IMG/VR virus record: IMGVR_UViG_3300036816_000056
Span: 1 to 56,300 of that record
DNA: 56,300 nucleotides
From: a virus
Lineage: Duplodnaviria > Caudoviricetes
Strand: one strand, 5' to 3'
Within the stretch, counting starts at the first letter, position 1. Every line of letters begins with the position of its first letter. Positions 16,022 to 26,653 of this stretch are shown piece after piece. The notes under the pieces were generated by a model, which was given only the letters and a program-made list of their open reading frames with translations, was not told the DNA's origin and did not search any database. A program made the position numbers and the translations under genes.

Positions 16022-17959
16022 CTAAGGTTGTATTTGTAGGTTGTTGAGGTACAAAGTCGTTGACCTTTGCAGTCCAACAATAAGATTATTTGGTGGATCA
16101 GACGTGAACTTTAATAACTGCCCTTGCCCTTTACGAGTGTCCATCCCTGAGTTAACAAAACTAGATTGTATTAAAACGGGGAACTCATTCTCGTAAGCCC
16201 CAGTGTAAGAAATAGTCTTCACCGCACTTACCATGTTAAACGCTGTGTCAGTTACCCCACTGAGTCGACCAAGAACATAAATTTTATTATTGTTAAACGT
16301 GATGTCATAAATCGCAGTGCTGTTGGTTGACATATCCCATGATTTTCCCAAGTTCCAGTTGAGGGCATACAACCTGCCAGCGGTAGATCCCACGTATAAC
16401 CGGCCCGATCCATCTCCTATCAAACTAGTGCCGATAATATTCTCATCGCTCCATGGATTGATGGCATAAGTTGATAGGACTGGCGACGATGGGCCTTTTG
16501 TAATTCTACCTAGAAAAGTCGAACTCCCTAACCCGTATACAAAATATACGTAGTCATTGTACACGACTATTGCTGAATTTGTTTGCGAACGAGAAATATT
16601 CCATGTTCTAAGCGCATTAGTTGCGGTGCTTGAAAAACTGTCATCTACATCAAGTCTTGAAATATCATTAGCCACCGATGTAAATATCGTACCGTCAGTG
16701 TCAATCTTCACATCAACAGGCCATTCGTTTACGGGCACATAATACTTTCTAAACAACTGCCCGGCTGAATTGTATTTTATGAGCGAGTTATCGTTTCTCC
16801 CCGTTTCTCTCATATACACACAGACCCCGCCATCTCTAGTGCCTTCTATCGGCACGACATACGTTGATTGGACTGGCGTGTTTCCAACCTGAATGTTCCA
16901 CAACAATTTACCGTAGTTATCGAATTTAGCCAGTCTTATGAGCGTACCGTCTAGAAAAGTGGTGTAATAACCTGACCCATCTTTAGCTATACACATACCC
17001 ATTGTGGCAGTGGAAAGTCCTAAGGGTGAGTTGAAAATATGAGTTTTAGGAGGCATGGCTGTCAATCCCAACTTCGTGTAACTCATAACATCGCCAGCAC
17101 CATAACTAACCAGCGTTCCCACAGCTTCACCGTCATCATTGGTAAATGTTTTTCCAAGCACTACATCAGAGGGCAGTGCATTTCCTGACCCCCCTTCACC
17201 CTGTAAGATAAAATTTGCGCCATTGTATACCAGCGAATATACCGAATTCGCCCGAAGTGCATTGGAAGCCATGGCGCTACCGTTTGATTTAAGGACACTT
17301 TTAGCACCAAGTCCGTTTACGTTAATGGTTACCGCACCAGTATTAGCCGCGTTGATTTTGATCGTGATTCTCAGTCCATCTACATATGCCGCAGGCGCAG
17401 GCGTTAGAGTAACTGCATAGGTGTTTCCACTATTCGTCGTTAATCCGTACCCATCTCTGTTGTTAATGATGGTCTGTGCCGCTTGAGCTGCTGAAACTCC
17501 TGCACTGCCTCGGTCGTATGCTTCCTTAACTGCTTTTTCTGTCGCGGCCACCGACTCGGACGTCCCATCCGTTTTATTGGACAGTTGGACGATACCCTTA
17601 TCTGTTAAAGAGGCGTCCTGTGGTGCGGGAATGTTTTCTAATCGCCTGTCTAAGTCCTCGATGTTGGCCTTGAATGTGTTGTGATCATAAGCCGTGAAGT
17701 ATCGGGCCAACTTTGTTCCGGCCATCCACGATCTAGCCACACCCTCAAACCCACGAGTTACGCCTGTAATCTCGTTTCCGGTCTTTCCTGTATATTTTAT
17801 TGTCTCTGCCGATTCATCCGTACCTAGCGTTAGTTGGTTAGGCGCAGGAGGTAATGCCGAACCATCCAGCACCGTGAAACTGGTTTGAGTATCGTCAATG
17901 TCTGTCGCCAGCTCCGTCTGCCTACTGTTGACGGATGCCGGATACATTGTTTCAATCAT
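16022..17959 (-). CDS. Tail fibre / receptor-binding protein
   Basis: DASLTDKGIVQLSN...AATEKAVK fibre repeat; propeller-like C-terminal head. Confidence 0.85.
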   Translation of the reverse strand: MIETMYPASVNSRQTELATDIDDTQTSFTVLDGSALPPAPNQLTLGTDESAETIKYTGKTGNEITGVTRGFEGVARSWMAGTKLARYFTAYDHNTFKANIEDLDRRLENIPAPQDASLTDKGIVQLSNKTDGTSESVAATEKAVKEAYDRGSAGVSAAQAAQTIINNRDGYGLTTNSGNTYAVTLTPAPAAYVDGLRITIKINAANTGAVTINVNGLGAKSVLKSNGSAMASNALRANSVYSLVYNGANFILQGEGGSGNALPSDVVLGKTFTNDDGEAVGTLVSYGAGDVMSYTKLGLTAMPPKTHIFNSPLGLSTATMGMCIAKDGSGYYTTFLDGTLIRLAKFDNYGKLLWNIQVGNTPVQSTYVVPIEGTRDGGVCVYMRETGRNDNSLIKYNSAGQLFRKYYVPVNEWPVDVKIDTDGTIFTSVANDISRLDVDDSFSSTATNALRTWNISRSQTNSAIVVYNDYVYFVYGLGSSTFLGRITKGPSSPVLSTYAINPWSDENIIGTSLIGDGSGRLYVGSTAGRLYALNWNLGKSWDMSTNSTAIYDITFNNNKIYVLGRLSGVTDTAFNMVSAVKTISYTGAYENEFPVLIQSSFVNSGMDTRKGQGQLLKFTSDPPNNLIVGLQRSTTLYLNNLQIQP

Positions 17960-17972
17960 CGTTTATGCCTCC

Positions 17973-18413
17973 TTAGTTCAACCGGATTTCTACTTGCCCA
18001 GTTAAAAACTTGAAAATGTCATTATTCAAAATACTTCGCGGCGCTTCGAGCGTCCCGAAATAATAAAGGTTCCCACCTGTAACAGCATCCCGCAGCCCAA
18101 AGTGTGTTACCGCGCCCCAATTTGCTGTCGCTACTGCAAAAGCTACGTCGGCCGCAGATTTGATGGACATCTTCTGTATGTTATTCATCAATACACCCGT
18201 GATCGGGTTAAACTCTTGAACTGTAATTTGAGCCGGTTCGGCAAAGGTTATCACTTGCCTGCCGTAACCTCCACCGGATACCTCTTGTCCCGTATCATTC
18301 CAAGTTGGATCGGAATTATAAAGAGCGACATATAGCCTATCTGGGAATGCGAATTTTTCCCCTCTTGCTGATACATTCAGTTGTTTGGTTGCTAAATATT
18401 TACTGATGTTCAT
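17973..18413 (-). CDS. Minor tail / fibre-adaptor protein
   Basis: LYVALY...EVSGGGYGRQ...WGAVTHFGL.DA.TGGN family pattern. Confidence 0.7.
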   Translation of the reverse strand: MNISKYLATKQLNVSARGEKFAFPDRLYVALYNSDPTWNDTGQEVSGGGYGRQVITFAEPAQITVQEFNPITGVLMNNIQKMSIKSAADVAFAVATANWGAVTHFGLRDAVTGGNLYYFGTLEAPRSILNNDIFKFLTGQVEIRLN

Positions 18414-18417
18414 CGAA

Positions 18418-18975
18418 TCACCCCTCTAACAAGTATTCATTCTGAATCTTGAATTTTTGAATTGTTGTGGAACCGGTGTTGGTTAAAACAATCACCGGAC
18501 TTGCGCGTTCATCGCCCAAAGAAATTACTTTGATCTTTTCTGGAGAATGAGTAATAGTTTCTTCCAGCATATTTTCATCGCTTTCCGGAAACGGATGTTT
18601 GCCCATTTTGATTGGGATTGTCAGTTCACCATCAAAAATAATCTTCTCGATATCCATAGTTCCGGCATATCTTCCGATGTACCTTCTGCCTGGTAAATCC
18701 TCGAACGTCAGCACAATATCCCCCTTCTTAACATTAAAAAGAGCCGCCACTTGGGCGACTCTTCTGTGATAGTCAAGGGTAGCATCGTCTGCCATAACGA
18801 TACACTCCAGATTAATTACTCTCGGGCCATAGGTGCTACCAAAATCGACTTCTCCATCCCGTCCTGCAATTTCGAGACTGTAGTCCCTCGTAGGTGGCAA
18901 TACCGGGATGTTGTGCTTCTTCAGGCCAAGTCCGATATCACGAAAAGACTTCCCATCAGCAGTAGCATTTATCAT
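18418..18975 (-). CDS. Distal tail protein (Dit), N-terminal part
   Basis: Directly after the TMP; EIAGRDG...YGPR...L.FEDLPGR.Y; ends shortly after PVIVLTN. Confidence 0.8.
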   Translation of the reverse strand: MINATADGKSFRDIGLGLKKHNIPVLPPTRDYSLEIAGRDGEVDFGSTYGPRVINLECIVMADDATLDYHRRVAQVAALFNVKKGDIVLTFEDLPGRRYIGRYAGTMDIEKIIFDGELTIPIKMGKHPFPESDENMLEETITHSPEKIKVISLGDERASPVIVLTNTGSTTIQKFKIQNEYLLEG

Positions 18976-21900
18976 TAGCCTTTGCCCCCTCTCGCCTGGA
19001 ATCGTCTCATCAAATTGTCACGTTCGCTCCAGAAAACCTTTGCTGCCGATTCGTCCGCGATATAAGTATCTCCTGATTTAATTACGATTTGATTACTGGT
19101 TCTCTCCGGATTTACTCCGTTTGATCCTTGAGGAACTGAGAATTCAGGCATTGTAAAGTCTAGTCTGTGCATTCGTAGATTTAAGAGATTAAACAACGTA
19201 TCTTGTTGTCGGTCATTAAGGATGGCTTCTCCAGCGTGTGCGATTACTGGAACAGCCGCACCGCGAGGACCTTTGACTACTCCCCCTTCACTAAAATGCT
19301 GGAGTTTGCCTGTATCTTTATCGATTCCATATTTCTTACGAATGGCATCGTTTTGTTCTTGAAGGAGTCGCATGGTTTCAGCATCACCACGAGCTTTAGC
19401 TGCATCCCAAGCATCCTTGTTAGCGTTATAGGTGTACAGATCAATTTCCTTCTGATATGAAGAGTCCTTCGATGCAGTTCCAGGAGCCAATGATCCACCA
19501 GCGACACCAGTCCCTCCAATTGCAGCACTTGCCGCAGCAATCTGATCAAGGCGACTCTGATACTCCAAAACAAAAGCATCAAGCATTCCAAGGATCGTTT
19601 GATTTTTCTCATTTTCCTTTAGTATCTGAATGTTTTTCAGGTTTTCAGCAGACAATTCAGTGTTTGAAGAGAATTCATCAAATGCTGCTGAAAGATCATC
19701 ATAATGCGATTTAGCACCTTGGATTTTATCGTCAAAATCTTTTTCGCGAGTTGTTTTCTCCTCTTGTAACGCCGTTTTCTGATCCTCAAGTGCTTGTTTG
19801 GCAAGCTTGCGACCGTGTTCACGATCCATGTCCTCAATGTCTTTTTGGACTTGTTTTCGTTCAGCAATACCTTCTGGACCAACAGCAGACTGGAGCTTTT
19901 CAAGTCGAGCAACTTTCTCCGCACGTAACCTTTCATAGTCATCCTGATCATTAGTTCGCTCCATAGATTGAATCAAATCATCAATGGCTTTGATTTTGGC
20001 TTCTTGTGCTGAGGTGAACGCGTCCTTCTCAGCTTGGATACGTTTAATTTCCTCGTCTCTCGCGCTGTCCAATAACTTTTTCTGCTTAGTTACCGATTCA
20101 GATACTGCCTTGGTCATTTCGTCCATCAGTTTTTTCTTTAGATCATAGACCTTTTCATCCGCATCCATTCGTTGATCGCTTCCTACCAGATAAGCAGTTT
20201 GAAGCTTCATATACTCAGCAAGTTCTTGCTCAGTAGTCATTTCACCGATGGCCTTCAAGTGGTTAATTCGTTTCTCAGCAGCGGAATAGTATTCTTTGTC
20301 CAGATCATTTCGCTGCTTATATATTTTCTGCTCGAGATCCCATTGCTGTTCAGCAGATAAGGTTTTATTAGCCTGCATTTTTAGGTACTCTTGCAGCTCC
20401 CATTTCATGATGTCTACTTTTTGACTACCGGCCATTTCCATTTTTAAAGCTTCTTTGGTCATCCACTTCTCTGAAAATTCATAACGAGACTGAATTAATT
20501 TCTTCGCAGTATCCTGGTACATTTTTTCTGCTTCTGCTCTTTGTTCTGCCTTTAATGTTGTATCATTGCGCATACGATTGTATGCTTCAGCTTGCATCTG
20601 ATATATTTCAACTTCAGACTTCCCTTGTCGCTCCATCTGATCCGTCTGTTTCTCAATCCAATTGGTTGAATTTTTGAATTTCAAATCAGTTACTTTATTT
20701 GTCAGGTCATACACTTGTTTAGCTGATTCAACACGTTGTTCCTCAGTGAGGGCCGTATTCTTGAGTTGTCCCTGATAGAACTGAAGTTGAGTCTTGGTCA
20801 TTTCCATTTCGGATCGACCCTGTTGACGCATGCGCTCAACACGGGCTTCCATATTCGCCTGTGCCGTATCAAATTGGTCACTTGCATACTGATTCTTCAT
20901 GTCCTCTTTTTCGGACTGTACATCCCCTATTTTTTCAGTCAGGCTCCGACGCTTATTAGTCAATTCATCAGATTTTAACCCAGACTGTTCGATCATCTGA
21001 CGCTGCTCCTGCATCAGTTTCTGGATTTCTGTTTTGAGTTTCAATTGGAGCTCATATTCGGATTTGTACTCTTGAGAGTCTTTCTTCATGTTCTTCTGCC
21101 GCGCTTCAGATTGTTTTAAAGACAACTCTTTGTCGGAAATTTTCATATCTTTAATGCCGAGTTTACTTTCCAGCTCTGAGACATCAATGTTATAAAGCTC
21201 ATCGCTAATCCGTAACAATTCACTGTCCGCTGTGTTTTTAGCATCCGTTAATTGTTTCTGTGTAGGTGGTGTACTGGTTTTTTGTGGTGAATAATCAGCC
21301 AGGATTTTATCCACATACCCAACATCGCCGTATACTTTACTGTTATAGACTTTTTTATATTTTTCACTATAAGCTACCATGTCGGCCTGATTGTAACCAC
21401 CAGACTTTTTGAACCAGTCGATGATTCCTGATCCCATGTTATATCCGCCAAGAGCCATGGCGACATCTCCACCGGATTTTTTAAGCAACTCGGAGAGCAT
21501 CTTAGTGCCTGCATCAATACTCTGTTTTACTGTCGCATTGTTCATGCCATTAACTTGCATGACGTTTGTTACGCCATTGGCTCCAAAAGTTGATTCGCGT
21601 TGGATCACAGCAGCGACAAGATACGGGTCAACGTTAAACTGACTTGCAGCAGCGTTGATTTCAGAAGCGTATTTCCCAGCATACTTGACATTGCTATTGC
21701 TTGCTTGAGAAACAGTTAATGAAGTTGCAGTTGCATTTTCATTGGATAACCCAGGAATACGCGTTGCTCCGTTATACATAGGTGACCAATAGTTATTATT
21801 TAAATCGGACACCTTTAATCCCGATTCACCCATTTGTATGAACTTACTATCCCCCATGTAAATTCCAACGTGAGAGTTGTCCTTGCCGTTTGTGTTGAAA

Positions 21901-24900
21901 AATACAAGGTCTCCAGCTTGTAGGTTTTTCTTTGAAACCGCAGTTCCGGCCTTAGCTTGTTGAGCTGCTGTTCTTGGGACTTGTACGCCAATCGTCTCAA
22001 ACATCTCCTGCACAAACTGCGAACAATCCGAATAGGCCCGTTCTTTAAACTCATTGAACGAACCAGTAAACTCACCTGGTATTTGTTTATACTTCATCAC
22101 GCCAGAGTTCGCCAAATCAACAGCAGTAGATAGCATTTTAGTGATATCTGTCGATGGACCCCCGCCTGTTGTTATTTCCATCTGAGAGGATACGAGCTGT
22201 GACGGATCATTGTATCCTTGTTCGTATAACTTTTGCTCCTCCAGTAGGGCTGTACGTTTCTGCGCGAGGATATCAAGGTACTCTTTGGAGGACTTCGCTA
22301 CACGCTTCTGCTGGGAGTCCAATTCTTCAAGTGATTTGTTATACCCCTCGATTGCTTTCTGCAAATCAGTCATGATGTCTACAGTCTCTTTACGGGCTTT
22401 ATTTGAATCTTTTGTAGAGTCTGTATTGTCGTCAATTCCAAATGTATTGTCATTCAAAAGTTTAGTCATGGCCTCAATCTGGTCATTGCTTAGTTGCAAC
22501 TGCCCCGCGTATTGCTTTATAACATCATTTAATTCTTGAACACGCTGTTTCTTTACAGAAAGCTGATCATCTGACATCTTATTAAGCATATCGCTCTGGT
22601 TTTTTAAAGCATCAGCAAGGCCGCTCGGGAGCGAGGAGGGCAAATTAGCGAAAGGAGGATTTGCAGCATTCTTTTTCTGTTGCTCTGAGATTTCTGATTC
22701 AATGTCGGCAATTTTTTGTTTGGCTTCCGCAAAGGTTGTGATAGCCTCAAATTCTTTCCCGTAGAACTGGATTCGTTTTAAGCTTTCCAATGCTACCGTT
22801 CGTGTTGAATCTCTTTCTGCTTTTAAATCATCTATTGCCTTTTTGATTTTAGCCTGTCTAAGTTTTTCGAGCACTTGTCCCTCAAACATCCAACCGTCAG
22901 TGGTTTTTCTGATTTGTGAAGCCAGTTCTGGATATTTGAGAATTAAATCTGCTACTGCTTGAGCGCTGAGAGATTGCCCGTCAGCCAGTGTTTCAGCTAC
23001 TTGATTGAGTTCAGAAACAGATGCAATATTTGCCTGAACCGATTCCCTTAATGCTTTTGTTTGTTCCACTAAATTTTCAGTCAGTTCTTCAATGGTCTCG
23101 GAAACTTTTCCATTTATACCTGCTAAAGAATCCATCTCTTTTTGTGCGTCCAAGGCTTCTAATGTCATTTGACCCATCTGAACATCAGCATCGCTTAATG
23201 CGGCTTGCAGTTCACGGTTCTTCGCTTCAAGAGATGCCAGTTCATTCTCAAGGGTCTTAAGCTGCTCTGTCCTGTTTATATTTGATCCGAAAGACGCAAT
23301 GCTTTTATTTACAGCATCAATTTTAGACTTCGCTTCTTCAATGGCAGAAACGTTTGCAGTTAACTGATTTCCCAGTGAGTTCTTTTGATCTTCCAGAACG
23401 TTTTTTCTAGCCTCTCTCTGCTTCTCGATCAACTGATTAAGATTATCTATCTGTTGCTTTGTCGCTGTGTCTGTGAACCCTGCCGCTTCGAGCTGAGCCA
23501 ACCCCTCTTGACCAATTGTCATCGCAAGAGCTTTTGAAACTTCCTCAAGTTGTCTCTTAGCCTGCTCTTGTTTACTTGAGGAGAGAGTTCCACTGTCGAT
23601 CATTTTTTTCAGTGAATTGTGCGCATTAACCATTTTTGGTAATAAATCAATCTGCCGTTGATATTGACTGATCATCTGCTGACTCGCAGAATCGTTATCT
23701 TTCAGACTTTGTAATCTATCGCGCTCGGCTTTGTCTGCTTCTCCGCTTTTAAAAGCGAAAATGGCAATAGCACCTACCAGCAGTGATAACCCTGCGGTTG
23801 CTGCTGCCATAGTAACGGTTGAGACTGCTTGCGCTTTGCTCAGTGAACTAGTCGCCACTGTAGCCGCACCCGTCGCTACTGTTTGGGCTTCTCTAGCAGC
23901 AGTCTGTTGCACTGTAGAGACAATCACACCTTCACTGGAAACGATATTTACTGTGTTTGCCGCACTGTTTGCTGCGGTGGCCGCTGTCCCTGCAACAGTC
24001 GTAGCAGCTTCTTTCGCTTTAGCTGCATTCAATACTTCAATCGCTGCGACTACTGCCATTACAGGCCCGCGTAATGCTTTGTATGCCAAAAGCAAACCAG
24101 TTAATCCAGCAGTTGCTGCATAGACACCTGTTGGTATTTTCGTTAATCCGATCAAAAGTTGATCTATACCGTCCAAGACATCTTTGATCATCTGGCGAAG
24201 GCCGTCTTCTCCAGCCGTGTTAAAAATCTCAAGGAGAGAGGTTTTGGTCTGTGCTGCCTTCCGCTGAATTGTATCCATCTGAACGGTTAGGTACTGCATG
24301 GTTGATCCAGTTGAACCGACTGAAGCAGCAGTACCCAGGAGTATATCCCCCACGTTTAGAGATGCTGCCAGTTTTGCATATTGATAAACCCCGCGAGAAA
24401 TATCCGCATAGGATTGTGTGAGGTCATAGTTTTTGTCTGTCACCTGGATGGACAAATCCAATAGAATATCTTCGGCTTTACGCCATTGTTCAACACCATC
24501 GACAACTTCCTTGGTCTTCACACCGAGACGTTCAATTTCATCCACGGCTTTATCCGTCCGGATTGTACCAAGGACTGTTTTCCACATGTTACCCAAGTTC
24601 TCCCCGGATAAGGCAGTGTTCCGCACACCAGAGGAGATCAGACCGTTCATTACGTCGAATGATACGCCTGTTTCGGCGGCTATCTTACCAGTACGTTGGA
24701 AAGCAGCGCCCAGATCACGCGCTGGAGCCATCGTATCATGTGCAACTTTAGACCAGGAGTCCAAAACCCGGTTACCAATTACCATGGCATCATTCGCATT
24801 ACTGATGTGTACACCATACTGAGACATAACGGATTCCATCGACTTGGTTGCATCTTCGAGTTCCACCATATCAACAGTGGACAATTTTGTAGACTGACGG

Positions 24901-25892
24901 ACAAGCTCCTGGACTACGTTTACATCTTTGTACATACGGCCCCAGAGACGAGCTGACTCCGTTACATCCAATATGTTTGAACCCAGCTCATGAGCAGTAT
25001 GGATGAATTGTTGAGTTTCCTTATTCAACCTTTGGGTGTCCATAATCATTTTGTTAGTGCCATCTTCGAAATGTACAAAATAATGCTCATTGGTCTGCAC
25101 GTAACCAGCCATGTTTGATTCGATGTCAACCAAGCCTTCTTTCATGGCCTGGGTGACTTCGTGCATCGCTTTGTACATTGTATGGAACACAACCGCGTGA
25201 GCAGCCATGTCTCCTAATCTACCAATCCAACTTTTAGAGACAGCGTCCATAGTGGACCCCATCAGTTTGGTTTGCTGTTCAGTTTGTGACAAGGCTTGTC
25301 TGATCCGTTGTTCCTCTTGTAAGACTTTTTCCCTGAGAGCTTCTTCTTTGCGTTGCCGCTCAGTGATTGCCATACGTATCTTCTGTTCCTCTTGCAAAAC
25401 TCGTTCCCTGGTTCGGTCATCCGTTCCAGCACCCGTTGCCCTTGCAGCCTCCTGCCCGGATTTAACAGAACGATTTTGAAGAATTTGCATCTTTTGTTGA
25501 TGCTCTCGTTCGGATTGCTCAATCTGTTGATTGCGTCTTTTGATCAGGGCTTGTTGTGCCTGCATCTTAGCATCAATCAAACGATTGGTTTGCTCCAACT
25601 GTTGAGCTTTCGCACCAAGTAAGGCGGTTTGAGCAAGTTTTTGCTTATGTTGAGCTTCAACTTCAGCGAGTATCTTTTGGCGACGTTGATCCGAAGTTAA
25701 AGCCATCTTATCCATAGCTGAAGATATATTCTTGTATGACTTCTCAGCCGTTGATAACTCAGCATTAAGGGCTTTAAACGCATCTGCATTCCCTCGTGCT
25801 CCAGTGTCGATGTTTTTGAAAGACTGTAAGACTGTCCCTGTATCTAAATTAATCCGCGCAGCAACGACATCTTTATTTGTACCCTCTGCCAT
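18975..25892 (-). CDS. Tape measure protein with internal NlpC/P60 and lytic transglycosylase domains
   Basis: 2305 aa, coiled-coil; DCSQF...GDLVFF...HVGIY; LVAAVIQRES...MQV...ALGGYN. Confidence 0.93.
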   Translation of the reverse strand: MAEGTNKDVVAARINLDTGTVLQSFKNIDTGARGNADAFKALNAELSTAEKSYKNISSAMDKMALTSDQRRQKILAEVEAQHKQKLAQTALLGAKAQQLEQTNRLIDAKMQAQQALIKRRNQQIEQSEREHQQKMQILQNRSVKSGQEAARATGAGTDDRTRERVLQEEQKIRMAITERQRKEEALREKVLQEEQRIRQALSQTEQQTKLMGSTMDAVSKSWIGRLGDMAAHAVVFHTMYKAMHEVTQAMKEGLVDIESNMAGYVQTNEHYFVHFEDGTNKMIMDTQRLNKETQQFIHTAHELGSNILDVTESARLWGRMYKDVNVVQELVRQSTKLSTVDMVELEDATKSMESVMSQYGVHISNANDAMVIGNRVLDSWSKVAHDTMAPARDLGAAFQRTGKIAAETGVSFDVMNGLISSGVRNTALSGENLGNMWKTVLGTIRTDKAVDEIERLGVKTKEVVDGVEQWRKAEDILLDLSIQVTDKNYDLTQSYADISRGVYQYAKLAASLNVGDILLGTAASVGSTGSTMQYLTVQMDTIQRKAAQTKTSLLEIFNTAGEDGLRQMIKDVLDGIDQLLIGLTKIPTGVYAATAGLTGLLLAYKALRGPVMAVVAAIEVLNAAKAKEAATTVAGTAATAANSAANTVNIVSSEGVIVSTVQQTAAREAQTVATGAATVATSSLSKAQAVSTVTMAAATAGLSLLVGAIAIFAFKSGEADKAERDRLQSLKDNDSASQQMISQYQRQIDLLPKMVNAHNSLKKMIDSGTLSSSKQEQAKRQLEEVSKALAMTIGQEGLAQLEAAGFTDTATKQQIDNLNQLIEKQREARKNVLEDQKNSLGNQLTANVSAIEEAKSKIDAVNKSIASFGSNINRTEQLKTLENELASLEAKNRELQAALSDADVQMGQMTLEALDAQKEMDSLAGINGKVSETIEELTENLVEQTKALRESVQANIASVSELNQVAETLADGQSLSAQAVADLILKYPELASQIRKTTDGWMFEGQVLEKLRQAKIKKAIDDLKAERDSTRTVALESLKRIQFYGKEFEAITTFAEAKQKIADIESEISEQQKKNAANPPFANLPSSLPSGLADALKNQSDMLNKMSDDQLSVKKQRVQELNDVIKQYAGQLQLSNDQIEAMTKLLNDNTFGIDDNTDSTKDSNKARKETVDIMTDLQKAIEGYNKSLEELDSQQKRVAKSSKEYLDILAQKRTALLEEQKLYEQGYNDPSQLVSSQMEITTGGGPSTDITKMLSTAVDLANSGVMKYKQIPGEFTGSFNEFKERAYSDCSQFVQEMFETIGVQVPRTAAQQAKAGTAVSKKNLQAGDLVFFNTNGKDNSHVGIYMGDSKFIQMGESGLKVSDLNNNYWSPMYNGATRIPGLSNENATATSLTVSQASNSNVKYAGKYASEINAAASQFNVDPYLVAAVIQRESTFGANGVTNVMQVNGMNNATVKQSIDAGTKMLSELLKKSGGDVAMALGGYNMGSGIIDWFKKSGGYNQADMVAYSEKYKKVYNSKVYGDVGYVDKILADYSPQKTSTPPTQKQLTDAKNTADSELLRISDELYNIDVSELESKLGIKDMKISDKELSLKQSEARQKNMKKDSQEYKSEYELQLKLKTEIQKLMQEQRQMIEQSGLKSDELTNKRRSLTEKIGDVQSEKEDMKNQYASDQFDTAQANMEARVERMRQQGRSEMEMTKTQLQFYQGQLKNTALTEEQRVESAKQVYDLTNKVTDLKFKNSTNWIEKQTDQMERQGKSEVEIYQMQAEAYNRMRNDTTLKAEQRAEAEKMYQDTAKKLIQSRYEFSEKWMTKEALKMEMAGSQKVDIMKWELQEYLKMQANKTLSAEQQWDLEQKIYKQRNDLDKEYYSAAEKRINHLKAIGEMTTEQELAEYMKLQTAYLVGSDQRMDADEKVYDLKKKLMDEMTKAVSESVTKQKKLLDSARDEEIKRIQAEKDAFTSAQEAKIKAIDDLIQSMERTNDQDDYERLRAEKVARLEKLQSAVGPEGIAERKQVQKDIEDMDREHGRKLAKQALEDQKTALQEEKTTREKDFDDKIQGAKSHYDDLSAAFDEFSSNTELSAENLKNIQILKENEKNQTILGMLDAFVLEYQSRLDQIAAASAAIGGTGVAGGSLAPGTASKDSSYQKEIDLYTYNANKDAWDAAKARGDAETMRLLQEQNDAIRKKYGIDKDTGKLQHFSEGGVVKGPRGAAVPVIAHAGEAILNDRQQDTLFNLLNLRMHRLDFTMPEFSVPQGSNGVNPERTSNQIVIKSGDTYIADESAAKVFWSERDNLMRRFQARGGKG

Positions 25893-25904
25893 AGTAACTC
25901 CTCT

Positions 25905-26199
25905 CTATCTTGGCTGGATGAAACCGAGATCGGATAAGTATTTTGCTTTCTTCGGTTTTTTGTTTTCAACTTTACCGCCATGCAATACAATTTCGAACTC
26001 ACGAGAACGTTGTTTCTCATTCATCAAAGCCCGGATTTTAGGTATGGTCATATTGGGCCACTCTGTATCCGATATTCCGTTGCTAATACAAAGTGCCCAT
26101 AGACCAAGCCAATCCGTACCCGGATAATCTGATTCTTCCTCATCGTCAGAATCGTCGTCTTCGTCATCCGGGTCTTGTGGGAATGATTCCTTATAGAAA
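25905..26199 (-). CDS. Tail assembly chaperone C-terminal extension (gpT-like, reached by +1 frameshift)
   Basis: Open in the +1 frame across the chaperone stop; runs up to the TMP start. Confidence 0.6.
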
Positions 26200-26577
26200 T
26201 CGATCCAGGACATCATCAAGTTCCTTGATGCCCTCCATGTCCACTTGCTCAACTTCTTCGTCTGTGAGTCCTTCCACGAAGATCATGTTAAAAGCTTTCA
26301 AATAAGCTTTTTCGATGGCTGGGCAATCAATAGCTGGAATATCTTCATCTCCGACTTTATTCGGTTCGATAGGGTCACGACCAATAACGAAGCTGAAGCG
26401 TAGCCCTTTCAAGTTTTTGGCGTGCTGCCTTACTTCGCGAATCAATTTGATCGTTCCGACTTTAATTGTCTTCTTGATTCCTTCAGCCAGCTTCACTGTG
26501 CTGCCTATATTCAAAGTCTGATCCAATGTTTTCTCTTCTTGTCCTTCGACTACTTGTTCAACTTCACTCATGTTCAT
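26191..26577 (-). CDS. Tail assembly chaperone (gpG-like)
   Basis: Between major tail and TMP; ends CGA TTT CTA TAA. Confidence 0.75.
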   Translation of the reverse strand: MNMSEVEQVVEGQEEKTLDQTLNIGSTVKLAEGIKKTIKVGTIKLIREVRQHAKNLKGLRFSFVIGRDPIEPNKVGDEDIPAIDCPAIEKAYLKAFNMIFVEGLTDEEVEQVDMEGIKELDDVLDRFL

Positions 26578-26608
26578 TCTCCTTTGAATTCAAATTATGG
26601 TTTTTACC

Positions 26609-26643
26609 AAAAAAAGAACCCCGCCGATTACCAGCAGGGTTGC
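26609..26643 (-). terminator. Terminator after the major tail gene
   Basis: aaccctgctg...cggcggggtt followed by a T-run. Confidence 0.7.
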
Positions 26644-26653
26644 ATATGTTGGT

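Noticed and set aside
16022-17959. DGR or invertible tail fibre system
   Set aside because: No reverse transcriptase, template repeat or alternative fibre ends seen
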